A stretch of DNA of 45,553 nucleotides from Ilumatobacteraceae bacterium (lineage in GTDB: Bacteria; Actinomycetota; Acidimicrobiia; Acidimicrobiales; Ilumatobacteraceae), in NCBI GenBank assembly GCA_031428795.1, contig JANOYI010000002.1, forward strand, positions 1-45,553, written 5' to 3'. The notes beneath the pieces were generated by a model. It saw nothing but the letters and a program-made list of their open reading frames with translations, did not search any database and was not told the origin of the DNA. The position numbers and the translations under genes were made by a program. Positions within the stretch are counted from its first letter, which is position 1. The number at the start of each line of letters is the position of its first letter. This document shows, piece after piece, positions 44,720-45,553 of the stretch.

Positions 44720-45553
44720 ATGACAGTGCTCGACGATCACGCCGCAGACATCCTGCGCAACATCGACGACTTCGCTTGTGCTGCCGTCGAACACGAACGA
44801 CAGGCAGCCCTCCTTGCCCTCAACGCCGCCCATCTCGAAGCAACTGGTGCGTTCGGGCTCGACGGCACAGTCTCGATGAACGCCTGGCTCCGTCGACACC
44901 TACGCATGACACCCCAACGCGCCGGCGAATTGTTGGCCACCGGCAGGTTTCTCAACAAGTCCCATGTCTTCGCAGAAGCTGCCGTCGATGGTTCGTTATC
45001 CGCGTCGCAGATCGCAGTCGCCCGTCGCACTGGGAAACCGAAGTACTCCGAGATCCTGAGCGAAACCCAAGCGGGTCTGGTCGAGACCCTCAAGGAACTC
45101 GACATCCACCAGACCGTGCGCGCTGTCGATCACTGGATCCACCGTGCCGACGCACTCCTCGACGAGAAAGCACCACCGCTCGAGCGGCCCAACGAGCTGA
45201 CCTACGGCACCACCCTCGACGACGTCACCCACGGCACCTTCCGGTTGAACGAAGCAGCCGGGACCGAACTCGACAAAGCCATCCAAACAGCAATCACCCA
45301 CGCCGGCAAAGACGAGACCAGGACAACTGGCGAACGCCAAGGTGACGCGCTGTTCGACATCGCCGCGTTCTTCAACAAAAACCACAACGGAAACGAACGC
45401 CCCCGCAACCTCCCCAACGTCACCCTCTCCGCCGACGCATCAACCGTGGTCACCGATCACCCAGAAGGTGTCAACGTCGACACCCAACGCCCGATGTCAC
45501 CAGCATGCACCTCCACCTACCTGTGCGACTGCCGCATCCACGTCATCCTGCGC
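44720..45553 (+). CDS. DUF222 domain protein, N-terminal part of an HNH-endonuclease (13E12-repeat type) gene; runs off the window
   Basis: Absent from the track because it has no stop in the window. My translation from the ATG at 44720 is MTVLDDHAADILRNIDDFACAAVEHERQAALLALNAAHLEATGAFGLDGTVSMNAWLRRHLRMTPQRAGELLATGRFL ... ERQGDALFDIAAFF ... YLCDCRIHVILR. An AT-rich promoter-like stretch (TACTAT 7 nt upstream) precedes it. Confidence 0.7.
   Translation, partial: MTVLDDHAADILRNIDDFACAAVEHERQAALLALNAAHLEATGAFGLDGTVSMNAWLRRHLRMTPQRAGELLATGRFLNKSHVFAEAAVDGSLSASQIAVARRTGKPKYSEILSETQAGLVETLKELDIHQTVRAVDHWIHRADALLDEKAPPLERPNELTYGTTLDDVTHGTFRLNEAAGTELDKAIQTAITHAGKDETRTTGERQGDALFDIAAFFNKNHNGNERPRNLPNVTLSADASTVVTDHPEGVNVDTQRPMSPACTSTYLCDCRIHVILR

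Overview
By eye this is a high-GC, Actinomycetota-type chromosomal segment. I could not run similarity searches, so every call rests on reading the translations and the DNA directly. The left end is ordinary: a secreted alpha/beta-hydrolase lipoprotein, a modABC molybdate transporter, a PadR regulator and a DinB-like protein. A tRNA-Leu(UAA) at 5007-5090 opens an accessory-looking stretch of about 25 kb. That stretch holds three paralogous class III nucleotidyl cyclase / STAND P-loop NTPase / helical-repeat proteins with different add-on modules. The largest (2229 aa) starts with a double zinc ribbon and ends in eight tandem NTF2-like units. These three genes are interleaved with VapBC, MazEF and a frameshifted nucleotidyltransferase module that has an unlisted 57-aa upstream ORF. 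The same stretch carries a DUF4262 gene, an ECF sigma remnant with an orphan membrane partner, an inverted 55-nt copy of the tRNA-Leu 3' half, and decayed DUF411/CopG-like genes. The right part contains a menaquinone-type reductase/methyltransferase pair and a LacI-controlled catabolic locus with a perfect 16-bp operator palindrome. It also contains a TetR/PEP-utilising-enzyme pair, a CobW-CMD-DUF1905 group and a partial DUF222/HNH-type gene with atypical composition. Many long ORFs on the track are antisense or alternate-frame shadows typical of high-GC DNA and were rejected.
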